Shown: positions 25,243 to 40,288, counted from the first letter of the stretch. The stretch: DNA of 64,000 nucleotides from Octopus vulgaris (GCA_951406725.2 OX597828.1:28272001-28336000), one strand, 5' to 3'. Notes: generated by a model not told the origin, from the letters alone. Numbers and translations are program-made.

Positions 25243-26588
25243 TGTGGATAAAGATAAAAGTGGATAGATGCTGGAAAATAGGTAGAGAATAAAAAGGGCA
25301 GCAGTCCAGTCCAAGGGAACGACAACTGGCTTCTTCTGCGTAGTATTTCTGTCTATTTATTCCCCGTGTCTTTCCCCTGCAATCAAGATCAGCCATCAGC
25401 AAATTAAATTATTTTCATTGTGATATAATCTGACTGGTAATCCCTGTAATAGAGCTGTTGGCTGGAGGAAGGCATAGATCTTATTTAATGGCTGGTCACA
25501 CATGTGTCATGTGACAGTGTTAGCCATGAAAGAAGATATTACTGCCTGCCAAGCTTCTCTCTCTCTCTCTTCTTTGCACTTATTCTTTCCCTCTCTCTCT
25601 CTCTTTCTCTTACTCTCCTTTGCACTCATTCTCTCCCTCCCCGTTCCTCCTCCGCCCCTCTCTCTGCCAGTACTTCCTCTATCGACGAACAGATTAAGTA
25701 GGTTTGGTTATTTGTACTTATATTAGAAGTCTCTATTCTTAGCTCACCAAATGTTGAATGACTAGATTGGTATTGAACCAAGAACATAACATTTCTCATT
25801 TCAAACTTAACTACCAATTGTGTTATGTTGTGTTAACATTTTGTTCTTTATTCTAGAACTTCAAGATTCACAAACTTTTGCAAGATGTATTTATTTTCTT
25901 TCTGTTTTTTTTTTTTATTATTTTTATTAATTATTTTCTATAAGAAAATTATACAAAACCCACATTGAAAATATTTACCATACAGTTTTTTTGGAAATAG
26001 CCAAACAATAATTGTTGAAACAAATCAAGGTGTGTGGTCAACCATGAAATTAAGTAAATCAATAGGTAAACGTTTGAATGTTGAACGGATATTGTTAAGA
26101 ATTGAATCAATAACTAAGATGTTCCATGGCTTTAAGAGTTCGAAATCTCAATGACATTTTTTTTCCACAGTTTAACTAACTACATTGTAAACCTTGCTTG
26201 ATTATATTTTAGGTAAAGTAAACTGCTCAAGTTGCTTGCAAGTCTGCTTTGCTGTTAAACTGGTTTTCGGTCTTGTTTTGTTGTCAGCAGTATCGTTTGG
26301 TGCACTTGAGGTTGCAACCAATTATCATTTGCCAACGCCATGAACAACATGTACAAACATACAAATTCACTTACTCTCGTTTTGTCTTTTATCTTATTTT
26401 TTTTTTTTATCTTTTGTTTGTTTCGATCATTGGACTGTGGTCATGCTGGGGCATCACCTTGAAGAGTTTAGTTGAGCAAATCGAAAAATACCTTTTTTTT
26501 TTTGTTCAGTCTCTTACTTATTCTATCGGCCTCTTTTATCAAACCGCTAAGTTATGGGGACAAAACAAAACAACACCAGTTTTCAAGC

Positions 26589-26599
<11 letters not shown>

Positions 26600-26622
<23 letters not shown>

Positions 26623-26830
26623 TTTAATGTCTGCTTTCGAAGCTGGCATGGGTTGGACGGTTTGGCTGAAACTGATGAGCCGGAGAGCTGGACCAGGTTC
26701 CAATTTGATTTGGCATGGTCTCTACAGCTGGATGCCCTTCCTAACCCCAACCACCCCAGCAGTGTAACGGGTACATTTATGTACCACCAGCATGGGTGCC
26801 ATTTACATGACACCAGCAGCAATCATGACT
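26600..26830 (-). mobile_element. Retroposon family C (diverged)
   Basis: (CAT)n followed by ctggatgcccttcctaac. Confidence 0.7.
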
Positions 26831-26948
26831 ATGACTCATGGGTGCCATTTAGATGGCACCACCAAAGACCATGATTCCTGGAGTCTTTTATACATTTAAG
26901 CTCTAAGGTTGTGGTTGTACTATATATACATACATATATACATATATG

Positions 26949-27255
26949 TGGAAGCGCAATGGCCCAGTGGTTAGGGTAGTGGACTCGTGGTCATAGGATC
27001 GCAGTTTTGATTCCCAGACCGGGCGTTGTGAATGTTTATTGAGCAAAAACATCTAAAGTTCCACACGAGGCTCTGGCAGTGGGGGTGGGGGTGGCGATCC
27101 CTGCTGTACTCTTTCGCCACAACTTTCTCTCACTCTTTCTTCTGTTGGCCTGCTCGCTTAGCCAGCGGGGTGGCGTCATTTGAAGGCTAAAACAATGCCA
27201 AGCGCATTGTGACCAGCGATGTGTAGCAACATCTGATAGCCTGGTCGGTCACGTG

Positions 27256-27258
<3 letters not shown>
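26949..27258 (+). mobile_element. tRNA-derived SINE family D
   Basis: Head ggaagcgcaatggcccagtggttaggg...gttttgattccc (A/B boxes); lies within (TA)n. Related old heads at ~3001, ~36765, ~51655 and ~63715. Confidence 0.7.
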
Positions 27259-27304
<46 letters not shown>

Positions 27305-28216
27305 CAAAATGGGCTTCTACACAGTTTTCATCAACCAAATTCACTATGATCACAAGCTGATCAGGATCAGCTTGTGGTCATAGTAAAATACACTTGCCCA
27401 AGGTACCATGCAATGGGACTGAACCCAAAACCATGCAATTGTAGCTTGGGCTGACCAATGCCTTGCAAGTGAATTTGGTAGGTGGAAGCTGTGCCGATGC
27501 TCATTATGTGTGTGTATGTGTGAGTCTGTCCCCACCCTCACCTCCCACTGCTCAATATGTTTATGGTCCTATAACTTGGTGGTTTCCAAACAAGATGTTA
27601 ATACAATAATTACCAGATTTTAAAAATTGGATACTAGAGAAGTTTTTTGTACCAATTAAACCACATTCAAGGTGATGCCCCTGTATGGCCACAGTCCAGT
27701 GACAGAAACAAATAAGATACAAGACAGTGACTTGTATTAGCCATTTGTCCTTATTTGCAGATAAGGTAGGCCTGGTCATCAACAACTGTCTTAGACATGG
27801 ACACAAAATGATACATCACGATGCTCATATCATACACAGACTCTCAATCATTATGTTTTGCCTTTTTATGTATGTCATTTCCTTCTCCAGCCATAATATG
27901 ACACCCGTTATGGGTTCTGAATTCAAGAACTTTCAGATATGATGCTAATAAATTATCCATTCGGTCATTGCCACTTCACACACACGTGGACAGATACACA
28001 GACGTGCCCGCACGAATGCACACACACACACACTTGGAGGTTCTTACACATACGCATATATAACAGGCACAGGCATGACTGTGTGTTCACTTCAGATTTA
28101 CAAGGTTCTGGGTTTAGTCCAACTGCATAGCATCTTGGTCAAATGTCTTTTATTATAGCCTCAGTTTGACCAATATCTTGTTTGCGGAATCTGGTTGACT
28201 GAAACTGTGAAAAACC

Positions 28217-28306
<90 letters not shown>

Positions 28307-29374
28307 AATGGATAGATAGAGAGAGAGGGGGTTGGGGGGGGAGGCAGAAAAGAAAAGAAAAGGTAAATATGGCAACAAAGAGGTGGAGGAATGTCTGTGT
28401 AGTGAAGCAACTCCATGATTTCTGGTTTAGTTCCACTGCAACACACCTTGGACAGGTGTCTTCTCGGTAAAACTGTAAAAATCCAACTGTAGGAAATTCT
28501 GCTCTGATGCATTCTCTTCTGGGAGCATGGAACGGTAGACATTAATACAACACTTTTGTCACTATTGCTGCTGATGATGGTGATGATAACGATGATGGTG
28601 ATGATGACGATGATGATGATGATGATCCTTCAAAAGTCTGTGCATCTTGAAGCTTTAAACAAAATGTTGATACAGTTTGTAGTTAAGTCCAAATGAGAAA
28701 TGTTATGCTCTTGGTTCTGTACTAGCCTGATTGTTCAATATTTGATACGCTATGATCAGAGATTTCTGTGTGTGTGTGTGTTACTGTAAGAAGATATATT
28801 GTTGAACTGGCTTGAATGAGTCTTGATTAATTGGTATGATGTTTAGGCTGTGTGCTCTCCCACATTAAAACCAACAGCGAACGGCATTTGATTAGCATAT
28901 ATTTATACAAATGTGCAACTTTCGTTATTTACATAATTGTACAGATGTTTGCCAGGGCTGTATTGTGCTCTCTCAGTAGTAAGTGGAGTTAATAGAAGTT
29001 AAGAATGGCTTCGTATCAGAGGCAAGAAAATACTCTGTTCTTCATTGTCTCTCTAAGCCGAGGCCCAGTAGCAGCCAAGACATCTGTTTTCTAACATCTT
29101 GATTGTCAGTTCCATGTATGTGCACTTCTCTTTGGTGTGTCTACCTTTGGTGGCTTTTACTTTTATATCCCCCTGTATACACAGGAACATTCCATAATAT
29201 GGGGTGATTTTGCTGCAGAATGACTGGTTGATATTCAGGGCAAGTTGCCTGATCTGATGTCGCCTGATCTGAGTTACTAAACCTGCACAGTTTTGAATCT
29301 AGGCCTTGCTACAATACTATAATTCTGGTTGGTTAGTTAGCAAATGTGTTATGCTCTATTGGGCAGTTATCACT

Positions 29375-29885
29375 ATTTTCTACTCTAGACACAAGGCTCG
29401 AAATTTTTGGGGAGGGGGCCAGTCAATTAGATCAACCTCAGTATGCAACTGGTACTTAATTTATTGACCCCCAAAAGGATGAAAGGCAAAGTCAAACTCG
29501 GCAGAATTTGAACTCAGAACGAGTTGCTATTATTATTATTAAGGTAACGAGCTGGTAGAATCGTTAGCAAGCCAGACAAAATGCTTCTCAGCATTTCTTC
29601 CAGTTTTACGTTCTGAGTTCAAACTCTGTCACAGTAGATTTTTGCCTTTCATCCTTTCAGAGTTGATAAAAAATAGTATCACCTGAGCACTGGGGTCAAC
29701 TAGCCCCCTACTCCTAAATTTCTGGCCCTGTGCCTATCATAGAAAGTATTAGTATTGGTTTCAAATTTTCACACAAGGCCTGCAATTTCGGGGGCGGGGG
29801 TCAGTCAATTACATTGACCCCAGTGGTCAACTGGTACTTATTTTACTGACCCCGGAAGAATAAAAGGCAAAGATGACCCCCAGCA
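29375..29885. mobile_element. Cluster of three older Meta-like SINE copies (-,+,-)
   Basis: Repeated aaggatgaaaggcaaag / gcctttcatcctttc motifs in alternating orientation. Confidence 0.7.
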
Positions 29886-32178
29886 GTATAAGTATTATCC
29901 TTTTTACTAGCAGAAATACCATCCTCCGAGCAGTTTTCCCCTAGTATTTATGAATATTAACATCAGTTACTTAAAAACAAAGACAACTTTTGTCCTACAT
30001 TATTAGTTCTCACTCACCATCGGTCAGAGGAATACAAGTCTGTTTAGGCTGAATTTGAACCCTGATCAGTTGCATCCAGTTTGTTTTTGTTGTTTGTTTT
30101 TATTCCCTTAGCTACATTCCCTTTTCTGTTTAGATCTGCATTTAATCTTAATATGAATAGGTGCAAGTGTGGCTGTGTGGTAAGTAGCTTGCTTCCCAAC
30201 CATTTGGTTCAGATTCAGTGCCGCTTTGTGGCGCCTTGGGTAAGTGTCTTCAACAATAGCCCCAGTCTGACCAAATCCTTGCGAGTGGACTCAGTAGAGG
30301 GAAACTGAAAGAAGCCCATCATATATGTATGTATGTGTGTACATATGTGTGAGTGAGCATATGTTTGTGTCTCCATGTCTTGACATTGCGTAATAGCTGT
30401 GAATGAGTGGCTTTCATTTCCAGCCTTCTCTGACAGCTTGTCTGGTCATGGGTAAATATCATTTTGCGAGGAAACAAATAAGAGTTGGTGACAGGAAGAG
30501 CATCAGGCTCTAGAAAATCTACCTGAATAATCTTCTTCTGACCCATGCAAGCATGGTAAAGTGGCCAAGCAGGCATTAAATGGTGGTGGCGGTGGCGGTG
30601 GTGAGGACAGTGATGACTATGGTTATTTTTTGTTGATTTTGATCTGCATATATTTTAAGAGACTGGGTTGGATGATTAACTTTCAAAAGAAATGTGTGTA
30701 TGATTCATGCAAGGTTGACTGTGGCTGATGAAACAGGATGAAAACATGATTAATCTTAGTAAAAAAAAACAAACAAAAAAAAACAAAAACAAAAACAAAA
30801 AGAAAACTTTAATGACCACCCAATGGAAAACAATCTTTTTTTTTTTTTTTCCATGTCCTAGCTTATATAAAAGTCTTGGGTAGGGGATTAAAATGGGAAA
30901 AGAGATTAGGCTATTAGAATTTAGTCAGAAAATGTAATACAATCTGAAGAAAAATAATAAACTAATTTGCTATTTTCCATACCACAGGTGGAATAGAAAA
31001 ACTGGGTTATTTGATATGTTGAAAATGAAACATGACAAAGAAAGGAAATAATATAAAATAAATGCTAGTAAAGACAGCCATGTATCTCGACAAATAGAAT
31101 GCGTTGCCTCACTCTCTAGTTTAGAAAACTATTAGTTGACAACATAACACCTACAGCGCTGAAATGGTTTGGAAATCTGGTAACACAAAGAAGGAAAACA
31201 CTGAATCTGATTGAAGCTTATATAAAGATGAAATTACTTGTTACAAAAACTATATAGAATTTTCGTCAAACTGGGAATTCCATTATATATAAATTGGGGA
31301 TTGATTGACAGTTGGCAAAACTAAGAAGTGTTAGACCTTCCCAAGAGATGGCCAACTGCAAGCATCTGTTCAGGTCTTCAACACACTTTAACTTCAGAAT
31401 TGGAATGTTGGGGGCTTTCTGAACAAGTTAAAATGATAACAAGAAAACATGGTAAGAATTGATGGAAAATATGAATCCGATGTGTTTAATTGCTTGATAT
31501 AAAATACGAAAGTGAGTTGATTTAGAAGATGTCAGAGTAAGAAAAATTTCAGAATCTACTGAATAAGAGATTGAGTAGAACCAAATAGTTAATACTTAAC
31601 GAGCTTGAACTAGACCAAAATTACAACCAGGAAAGTATTATGTGTGTAAGAAATGACAAAGTTAAATCTCAGAGTGTTAGGGTGCACATTCAAGATCATT
31701 ACAGTGCAAAAGAAGTTGTGATAATGTAAAATTGCAGACTTGTCGAACCCATGCCAGTATGCTAAATGGTAATTAAAACAATTATGAAGAGGAAGGGAGG
31801 GAGGATTTGAAATAGTTTAGTGGACGAGGTGCCAAATTTTTATTCAGTCTGTCGAACCATACTGTGCCATATTTAAGCTTCAAACTAATTCTTCTCCATT
31901 TAGCTTTCTATAAAATCGAAAAGCAGACAAAAATATTTATTCAATGCTGGTGTACTAAACTTATTGGGAATGAACTTGTAAATTGATAGACTACAGTGTG
32001 CAGAGAATGCCAGACTGGTTCTATGGAGACAGGTTTGGCTGTGTGGTTAAGAAGTCTGTTTTCCTATCAGGAGCACCTTGGTTTCATTCTACTGTATGGT
32101 GTCGACTTTGCCTTTCATCCTTTCGGTGTCGATAAATTAAGTACCAATTATGCACTGGGGTCGATATAATCGACTTAA

Positions 32179-32397
32179 CCCTTTTGTTACTGTATTTATT
32201 TTGAGATGCTCTATGTTTCTTTCAATTACTTTAAATATAACAAAGAATTTAGTATAATAAGTTAGTTATCATTCAGCTAGTGTTAGGAACATAAATTGTG
32301 ACTAAGGTTTGGTGAAAGATTTTAATTCACAACTTATGAAACAAGACATTTGTACTCAGAGCCAGAGCCGGTTTCAGCCGGGTTGGTAACGAAAGGG
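32179..32397. mobile_element. piggyBac-type MITE, opposite orientation, inserted in a family-B SINE
   Basis: TTAA duplicated at 32175-32178 and 32398-32401; the host SINE sequence (cgacTTAA...tgtctgtccttg) resumes after it. Confidence 0.88.
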
Positions 32398-32896
32398 TTA
32401 ATACCTATGTCTGTCCTTGTTCGTTCCCTCTATGTTTAGCCCCTTGTGGGTAATAAAGAAATAGGTACCTTAAGTAAGTGTATCTGCCATAGCGTTGGGT
32501 TGTCTGTCCTTGTTTGTCCCCTCTATGTTTAGCCTCTGCCCTGTGGGCAATGAAGCAATATAGTCTTCACCCTGTTTTGTATTTTTGTTTGTTCTTTTTC
32601 CATTGATTACTTTTTATTTTGTAGTTCCATTTTGTTCTCTCTTTGTTGTTTTCTTTCTTGATGTGATAAAGTGAAAGCTATTCTTATTAAATATTAGCAG
32701 CAGACATTAGATAGTATGTCCATACCCAATAGGAGGACATATACTCAGCCACTACATCTATTCAACGCTTAATCACTAATGTAGAATCACAATTAGTTAG
32801 GTACCAATATACAAAGCATAATACACACTGCTATTCATTTTCCCATGGCTACTCATAGAAACAAAGTCTCTCTCTCTCTCTCTTTCTCTCTATCTT

Positions 32897-32931
<35 letters not shown>

Positions 32932-33074
32932 TGCCAGAATGAAAACAGATGTCTATTTAGGAAGAAGTTGAGTCGAGTAGGAACTGTCACCGAATTAATA
33001 TTGAGATAATAGTGAGTGAAAAAAAAAGTACTCGTCTCCTTTTTGTAACAAGCAATCTAGCAACCAATCTATTT

Positions 33075-33275
33075 GTTTTCCATGCTGGGATGGTTTGACT
33101 GGGGTCTGGGAAGCCAAGAGGCTGCACCAGGCTCCAGTCTGATCTGGCAATGTTTCTATGCCACCCACTCCGAGAGTGTAGCGGGTGCTTTTTATGTGCC
33201 ACCGGTACGGGCCAGAGGAGGATGGCAACGGCCACAATCAGTTGGTGCTTTTTACATGCCACCAGCATGGAAGCA
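33075..33275 (-). mobile_element. Retroposon family C (internally deleted)
   Basis: Reverse complement of the family-C 3' domain and ggtgctttt repeats. Confidence 0.7.
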
Positions 33276-33632
33276 AGTCAAGGTGGCATATGGAAGCCTG
33301 TCAAGGCGATATACACCCACACACGCTTGTACATACATATATACATACATGCATACATAACTGTAGAATTCACTTTACAAAACCAGCAACTGCTTCTGTT
33401 GTATTAACATATTTACATATAGATAATTAGATAATATCATTGAAATTAATATCTCCCCCCCACCCAAAAAAAAATCATGTTAACACAATGTTTTCAAGGC
33501 AATCCAAAATTAATTAAATTCAAAGTTAACCAAATTCGTTTAAAACTGAGTGCTTTATTGATGTCTGCCTGGATTTTTTGATCCCATTTTTTCCCCAATA
33601 TATATATCATCATATATATATATATATATATA

Positions 33633-33834
33633 TACTCTTTTACTTGTTTCAGTCATTTGACTGCGGCCATGCTGGAGCACCGCCTTTAATCGAGCAACTC
33701 GACCCCGGGACTTATTCTTTTTGTAAGCCCAGTACTTATTCTATCGGTCTCTTTTGCCGAACCGCTAAGTAACGGGGACATAAACACACCAGCATCGGTT
33801 GTCAAGCGATGCTAGAGGGACAAACACACACACG

Positions 33835-33874
<40 letters not shown>

Positions 33875-34039
33875 TACGACGGGCTTCTTTCAGTTTCCGT
33901 CTACCAAATCCACTCACAAGGCTTTGGTCGGCCCGAGGCTTTAGTAGAAGACACTTGCCCACGGTGCCATGCAGTGGGACTGAACCCGGAACCATGTGGT
34001 TGGTTAGCAAGCTACTTACCACACAGCCACTCCTGCGCT
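33633..34039 (-). mobile_element. SINE family A, full length
   Basis: Nearly identical to 20899-21312. Confidence 0.88.
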
Positions 34040-34539
34040 TTATTCACTTATAATCTAATTCATATTCTTAATCATTTTGTCCTGTTAACGAAGCTGAATT
34101 AAATTTTCTTGTTGATATTAAAGCTATAAAATGCTCAATTGATTCCTCCTCTTTTTTACGTTTACATCTTCATACTCTCTCTTTTAGTTGTTTCAGTCAT
34201 TTGACTGTGGCCATGCTGGAGCATGTGGTGTTGTGGTAGTACTTATTGTTCCAATTACACTCCATAACGATGATGGCGCGAGGATATCGGAACTATACTA
34301 CCAATTCTCACTGTCTACAAGTAGTTCTTTTAAGACATTCACGGGCTGCTGCTGCTGCTGCTGTGATTTTATTGCATAATTTATTGAAGCAGGTGGGGGT
34401 GGGGGGAATGCATTTTGTTCTTCATATTGAGGAGGTTAAAAGAGTCATGCACAAACAAAAGTACTCTTTCACTTTTATTAATGTGTGTGTCTATGGGTAC
34501 ATGTGCATTCCCTGTGCATATATATTTGTGTATATGGGG

Positions 34540-34543
34540 TGTG

Positions 34544-34604
<61 letters not shown>

Positions 34605-34724
34605 TCATATATATGCATGTATGATGTGTGTGTATATATACATATTCATATATATGCATGTATGATGTGTGTGTATATATACACACATATATATGCATAT
34701 ACATATATGCATGTATTTACATAT

Positions 34725-34765
<41 letters not shown>

Positions 34766-34779
34766 TATGTATATATATG

Positions 34780-34833
<54 letters not shown>

Positions 34834-34837
34834 TACA

Positions 34838-34880
<43 letters not shown>

Positions 34881-34905
34881 GTATATGTATATATATATAA
34901 ATATA
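34540..34905. repeat. (TA)n compound microsatellite
   Basis: Seen directly. Confidence 0.9.
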
Positions 34906-35520
34906 TATGCATACACACTCATTCACACATTGTATGTGTATGTGCATACATTGAAAACACGATAATTATAAAATGGTATGCATAAAATCAGAATAATGGC
35001 TCTTTTCTGGTGAATAGATATTGTCTGCTATAACCAGCAGAATCAGTCTTGTAAAGGTATTGTGGGTTATGGCCCTTTGTGTTTTTTTTTATATACTTAT
35101 CTATCTATCTATTTATGTCTTTTTTTTTTTTTTCACCATCAGGAAAGTCTAATGGATTAAAACAAGAAATTAGAAATAATTTTTTTTTTCTAGAATAATG
35201 CTTGTAATGGGAAGATTATATAGAGAAGAAGCATTTGTTATCATGAGATTTAAAATGGAAATACTCTGTTATTATATGACTGAAAAAGTTCTTGTGGTAT
35301 AAGAAGTTTTCACCTTTTACAGTATACATAGCATCAAATAAACAAACACAAAATTGGTTTTGGAAACATAGCATGTTTTTTCAGAAAGTGCTGGGCTGGT
35401 TTTTTCCTTAAATGAATTCACTGGAGTGTACTTTTGTGCTGGTGGTAGTGGAGGTAGGAGTGATTGCTGATCACAAATAGAGGAACGTCTTCTATAGCTG
35501 TTCTGCTTCAATTTTCCATA

Positions 35521-35555
<35 letters not shown>

Positions 35556-37954
35556 CAGATAGATAGATAAATAGATAGATAGATAGACAGATAGACAGAT
35601 TGATACATGGAAGCATGTTTAAGATGTTTTGGTTTAAGCTGTATTTTGGTTAATATTCTCACATTCTACTCTACGTATGACAACCTTTGTTCATCTTGGT
35701 AAATATCTCTTCCTTAATGCTTTGTAAACAAGAAATATGAAAGCAATTTCTTAGAATTGTAAACTTAGTGAAGGAATGAACGAATCCCATATATGACGGC
35801 ATAAAAGATGCACAAGTATATTAGACAAACCCCAATTCCAGCAGGACGTATTCAGAGAAAAAAGAAAAAAAATAAGAGCATGTAATGGAGACTCTGCTAC
35901 ATATATAAAACCCAGGTTGACTTATGGAGATATTTTTGGGGAAAAAAAATGTCTTACGTGTCATCAAATGCAGTAACTAAGGAAAGTTTTATAGTTTCAT
36001 AAATGGTTGAAAGGGTGATTGTATATAAGAAAGACAACACTCACCTACTGTATGATGTATGTGTGCTAACTGCCATGCTACAAGGCACACATACATCATA
36101 CAGTCTACCTTTCTTCCTGAGTGAGAGGCCCTTAGTTGCCAGGGCCCCTAAACTGAAAAAGAAATCTCAATCAAATGGCATGATTGTTTGTAGCAGTGAA
36201 AACATTACAAAATTATGATGAATGATGTTGTCCGAATTCCATTTCAAGGTCTTTCATTTAAGAAAGAGCACCTAATTTTAGGTCTCACAACATCCAGCCT
36301 TGTTCAGGTGACCCAACCTAGGTTGGTCAAGTCTAAGCCTATGTGCAAGATCCATTTCACTAACCGCAACAATTGCCCCCCTTTGCAGAACTTGGATGAC
36401 TCCTAGCATATGAACTCAGTCAGAATGCCTGCTTTTTCCCTTCCTCCTGGCCAGAGCTTTGTTATCTCTATTACATCTGTCCATATCACATTTTACAGTT
36501 TACACAGAGCATTGGACACCAGTCAGGATGTCAGCATTTTGATACCTTCCACTAATCATTATGATACAAGTAAATTCTTTCCCAGTATTCACATAGCTTC
36601 CAGTCCACCCTGTCTGCTAACTTTTTCTCAACTTTAATCTTGATGCTCTCCAATGCTGTTGATTTTTCGCCAATGCATCAAGCTGATTGTGGAAAAAAAG
36701 AGCAAAATTCACCAAATTTAGTTCAACCATTCTGTGTGGTGAACTAACTACTTTTAAGACCGATGTGGTTAGGGGTGTTTAGCTCATGATCAGAAGATTG
36801 TGAGCTCGATTCCCAGTGTCACTTTGTGTTCTTGAGCAAGACACTTTCTTTTTCATTCCTCCAGTTCACTCAACTGGAAAAAATGCCTGTGTCTGAGGAG
36901 TGCTCAGCCACTTGTACATTAGTTTTATGAGAAGGCTGTTCCTTTGGTCATGTCAACTGGAACATTCATTGTTGTTACTGACAGAAAGCCAGGTATGACT
37001 CAAGCGTAAGTCGAACACATGAATTCCTTCTTCACAAAGCCATTATCCCAGTTTTATAATGAAGTTGGCAAGGAAGTAGATCCGTCACTACCATTTAATA
37101 ACGATTAATTTCAAAGTTTGCTTCCATTATTTTCTTTGTAAGTATCCTTTCTATTATCTGGTATTATTACCGTGTTACCATTTCAGTAATAAGCAACTGT
37201 GGCAAAGAAAACAAGGAAATATCTTGTTTGTCTCTTCTATGAGATATAGACGCATTAGCTGCAAAAACAGAACCGAAATCTTTATTTTGATTAAACACCT
37301 GCTAGTAATACTTTCTCTCTTCTTAAACCAACAACTCTGACATGTCACTAAATAAAGACATTCTGGGACATCTTTAAATTGCCGCCAATCTTGTTCATGG
37401 TGTGATTTTGCTAACGGTTATCACTAACAAAACAGTACAATAAGCAAGCTGCTGGTATTTGAAGCGAGCAATCTTTACAATGGCAATGTTTCTGTGTCTG
37501 CTAGTTGCAGCAGAAGTTGTGTTTTTGCTGTCTTCCACTGATAAATGCTATGTTATAAATCTGCTCTAGGGCTAGGCTCGTAAGAATGTAGGAACCAAAG
37601 TCTAGCACCAACATTGAATTTTTGCATTTAATTAAATTCTGCTATAATATTGTCTTGTCTTGAGGGAAACAAGAAGGGGGTGGAGTGAGGGAAAGATGGT
37701 GGGTGTATGGAATGGAAATCAAGACAAAAGAATTAAAGATAGTATTCCTGTTGGAATTATATAAAGAAAATAATTTTAATTTGAGGATTAATTGCAGTCA
37801 GCAGTCCTACGACGAATGACATCTATGCCATCTTCATCATCATCGTCATCATCATCATCATCGTCTTCATCATCATCCTCATTGTCATCATTATTGCTTT
37901 TCCTGTAATTAGTGTTGTTTTATCATTAATATCAGTATTTTAAATTCTCTCTTA

Positions 37955-38358
37955 ATCTTTTACTTGTTTCAGTCATTTTGACTGTGGCCATGCTGGAGCA
38001 CTGCCTTTAGTTGAGCAAATCGACCCCATGACTTATTCTTTGGAAGCCTAGTACTTATTCTATCGATCTTTTTTGCCGAGCTGCTAAGTTACAGGGACAT
38101 AAACATACCAACATCGTTTGTCAAGCGATGTTGGGGTGACAAACTCAGACACACAAACATATACACACACAGACATATATACACACATATATACAACAGG
38201 CTTCTTTCAGTTTCCGTCTACCAAATCCACTCACTAGGCTTTTGTCGGCCCAAGGCTATAGTAGAAGACACTTGCCCAAGGTGCCACACAGTGGGAATGA
38301 ACCCAGAACCATGTGGTTGGTAAGTAAGCTACTTACCACACAGCCACTCCTGCGCCTA
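37955..38358 (-). mobile_element. SINE family A
   Basis: Full reverse-complement match; followed by a partial copy at ~38385-38540. Confidence 0.85.
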
Positions 38359-38734
38359 TTTGTATTTTTTTTTTCATTCTTTTATTCTTTTATTTGTTTC
38401 AGTCATTTGACTGTAGCCATACTGGAGCACCACCTATTAGTTGAAGAAATCAACTTCAGGACTTATTTTTTGTAAGCCTGGTACTTGTTTTATTGGTCCC
38501 TTTTGCCAAACTGCTAAGTTACGGGAATGTAAACACACTGGTAATACTTCATCCATCTTTACATTCTGAGTTGAAATTCCGCTGAGTTTGATTTTGTCTT
38601 ACATCATTTTGAGGTCATTAAAATAAGTACCAGTTGTGCACTGGGGGTGGATGTAAATGAATTACTCATTCCCTTGAAATTGCTGGCCTTGTGCCAAAAT
38701 TTGAACCCAATATATATCTCAAAATAGATTAATT

Positions 38735-39105
38735 AGGTGCAGGAGTGGCTGTGTGGTAAGTAGCTTGCTCCCCAACCACATGGTTCTAGGTTCAGTCCCA
38801 ATGTGTAGCACCTTGGGTAAGTGTCTGCTACTATAGCCTTGGGCTGACTAAAGCCTTCTGAGTGGATTTGGTAGACAGAAACTGAAAGGAGCCCATCATA
38901 TATGTATATATATATGTATATATTTGTGTGTGTATCTGTGTTTGTCCCCCCACCATCGCTCAACAGTTGATGTTGGTGTGTTTACATCCCTGTAACTTAG
39001 TGGTTCGGCAAAAGAGACCGATAGAATAAGTCCTAGGGTTGATTTGTTCAACTTAAGATAGTGCTCCAGCATGGCCGCAGTCAAATGACTGAAACAGATA
39101 AAAGA
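38735..39105 (+). mobile_element. SINE family A
   Basis: Head aggtgcaggagtggctgtgtggtaag through tail; another head follows at ~39126. Confidence 0.85.
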
Positions 39106-40288
39106 ATTTAAATTTGTTATAAGCATAGGCATGGCTGTGTGGTTAAGAAGCTTGCTTTCCAAGTACATGGTTTATGGTTCAATCCCAATGCATGACACTA
39201 TAGGTAAGTGTCTTTTATTATAAGCACTGGGCTGACCAAAGCCTTGTGGATGGATTTGGTAGATGGAAATGTGGTGGAAGCCAATAAGTTATGTGTGTAT
39301 GTGTATGTGTGCACGCACACAAGTGGGTGTATGCTTGTGCCACCTTATCTTGAGATCACATGATAGTTGTAAATGAGTGTCACTGTTATAGAAGTGGTAT
39401 CATTCATCTCCAAAATGCTGTGAAAACTTGTCTGGCCTTGGGGAAATATTACCTTGCTTGGAAATAGATGAGGGTTGGCAACAGGAAGAGCATCCTGTCA
39501 TAGAAAATCTGCCTCAATAAGCATGGAAAACTGGATGTTATAACGATAAAGAATTGTATTGTATAATATTTTAACCAAGTCATAGAAACAGTTTGCTATT
39601 CTATTTTTATATACCTTTGAAGTAGAAGTCACAGAGTCGTCTATTTAAATCTTTCTGCAGTTCATGTCTTGGAACAACAGGCAAGTTATGTAATTCGGTC
39701 TGACAACAATTGATACTTGGTTAATTATCAATTGCAAAGATATCAAGTTGTAAAAGAGAGGTTTGTTAACAGTATGGGAATATATGAACCATTCCATCGG
39801 TATTAGAATGAAATAATGGAATGTAAAGCAGTCAAAATAAAAAGAAAGCAACTGTGTTTAAAATATTCATTATAAATATTTATGTTACATTTTATAATTA
39901 ATTAATACTAAAATCCATCATTAATAATAGATCACCATTCAGCAGCATCAATCCTGCTTGGTCACTGGGTGAGTCTTAACTTTGGTTATCTGACATCTAA
40001 TTTGTTACCATTTATTGATCCAATACTTGGCTATCAAATTCTTGAGTTTGGAGCTTCTTCTAATTAATTAGATGTCACTTGGTTTTATTGCCCAATTCTT
40101 GCTATTCACTGGATTCAAAAGTTTTAGACTCATTTCCAATGAATGCTAAAAATGTATTCGTACAATGTTTTTCTGATTAATTAGGAATGGTGACTTTCGG
40201 ACTGATTCTTTATTTTACCCCTTTGTCTGACCTGTAATATCACATGTCGTGCACAGGACATATCTCCCTGGTACCTATTCAGTATATA

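Noticed and set aside
26949-27025. tRNA-like sequence
   Set aside because: No closed cloverleaf; it is a SINE head.
30722-30752. CTGATGA...GAAA motif
   Set aside because: No stems I or II.
31100-31200. ALKWFGNLV, reminiscent of an RTE/L2 LINE C-terminal motif
   Set aside because: Single short motif with no other recognisable RT motifs nearby.
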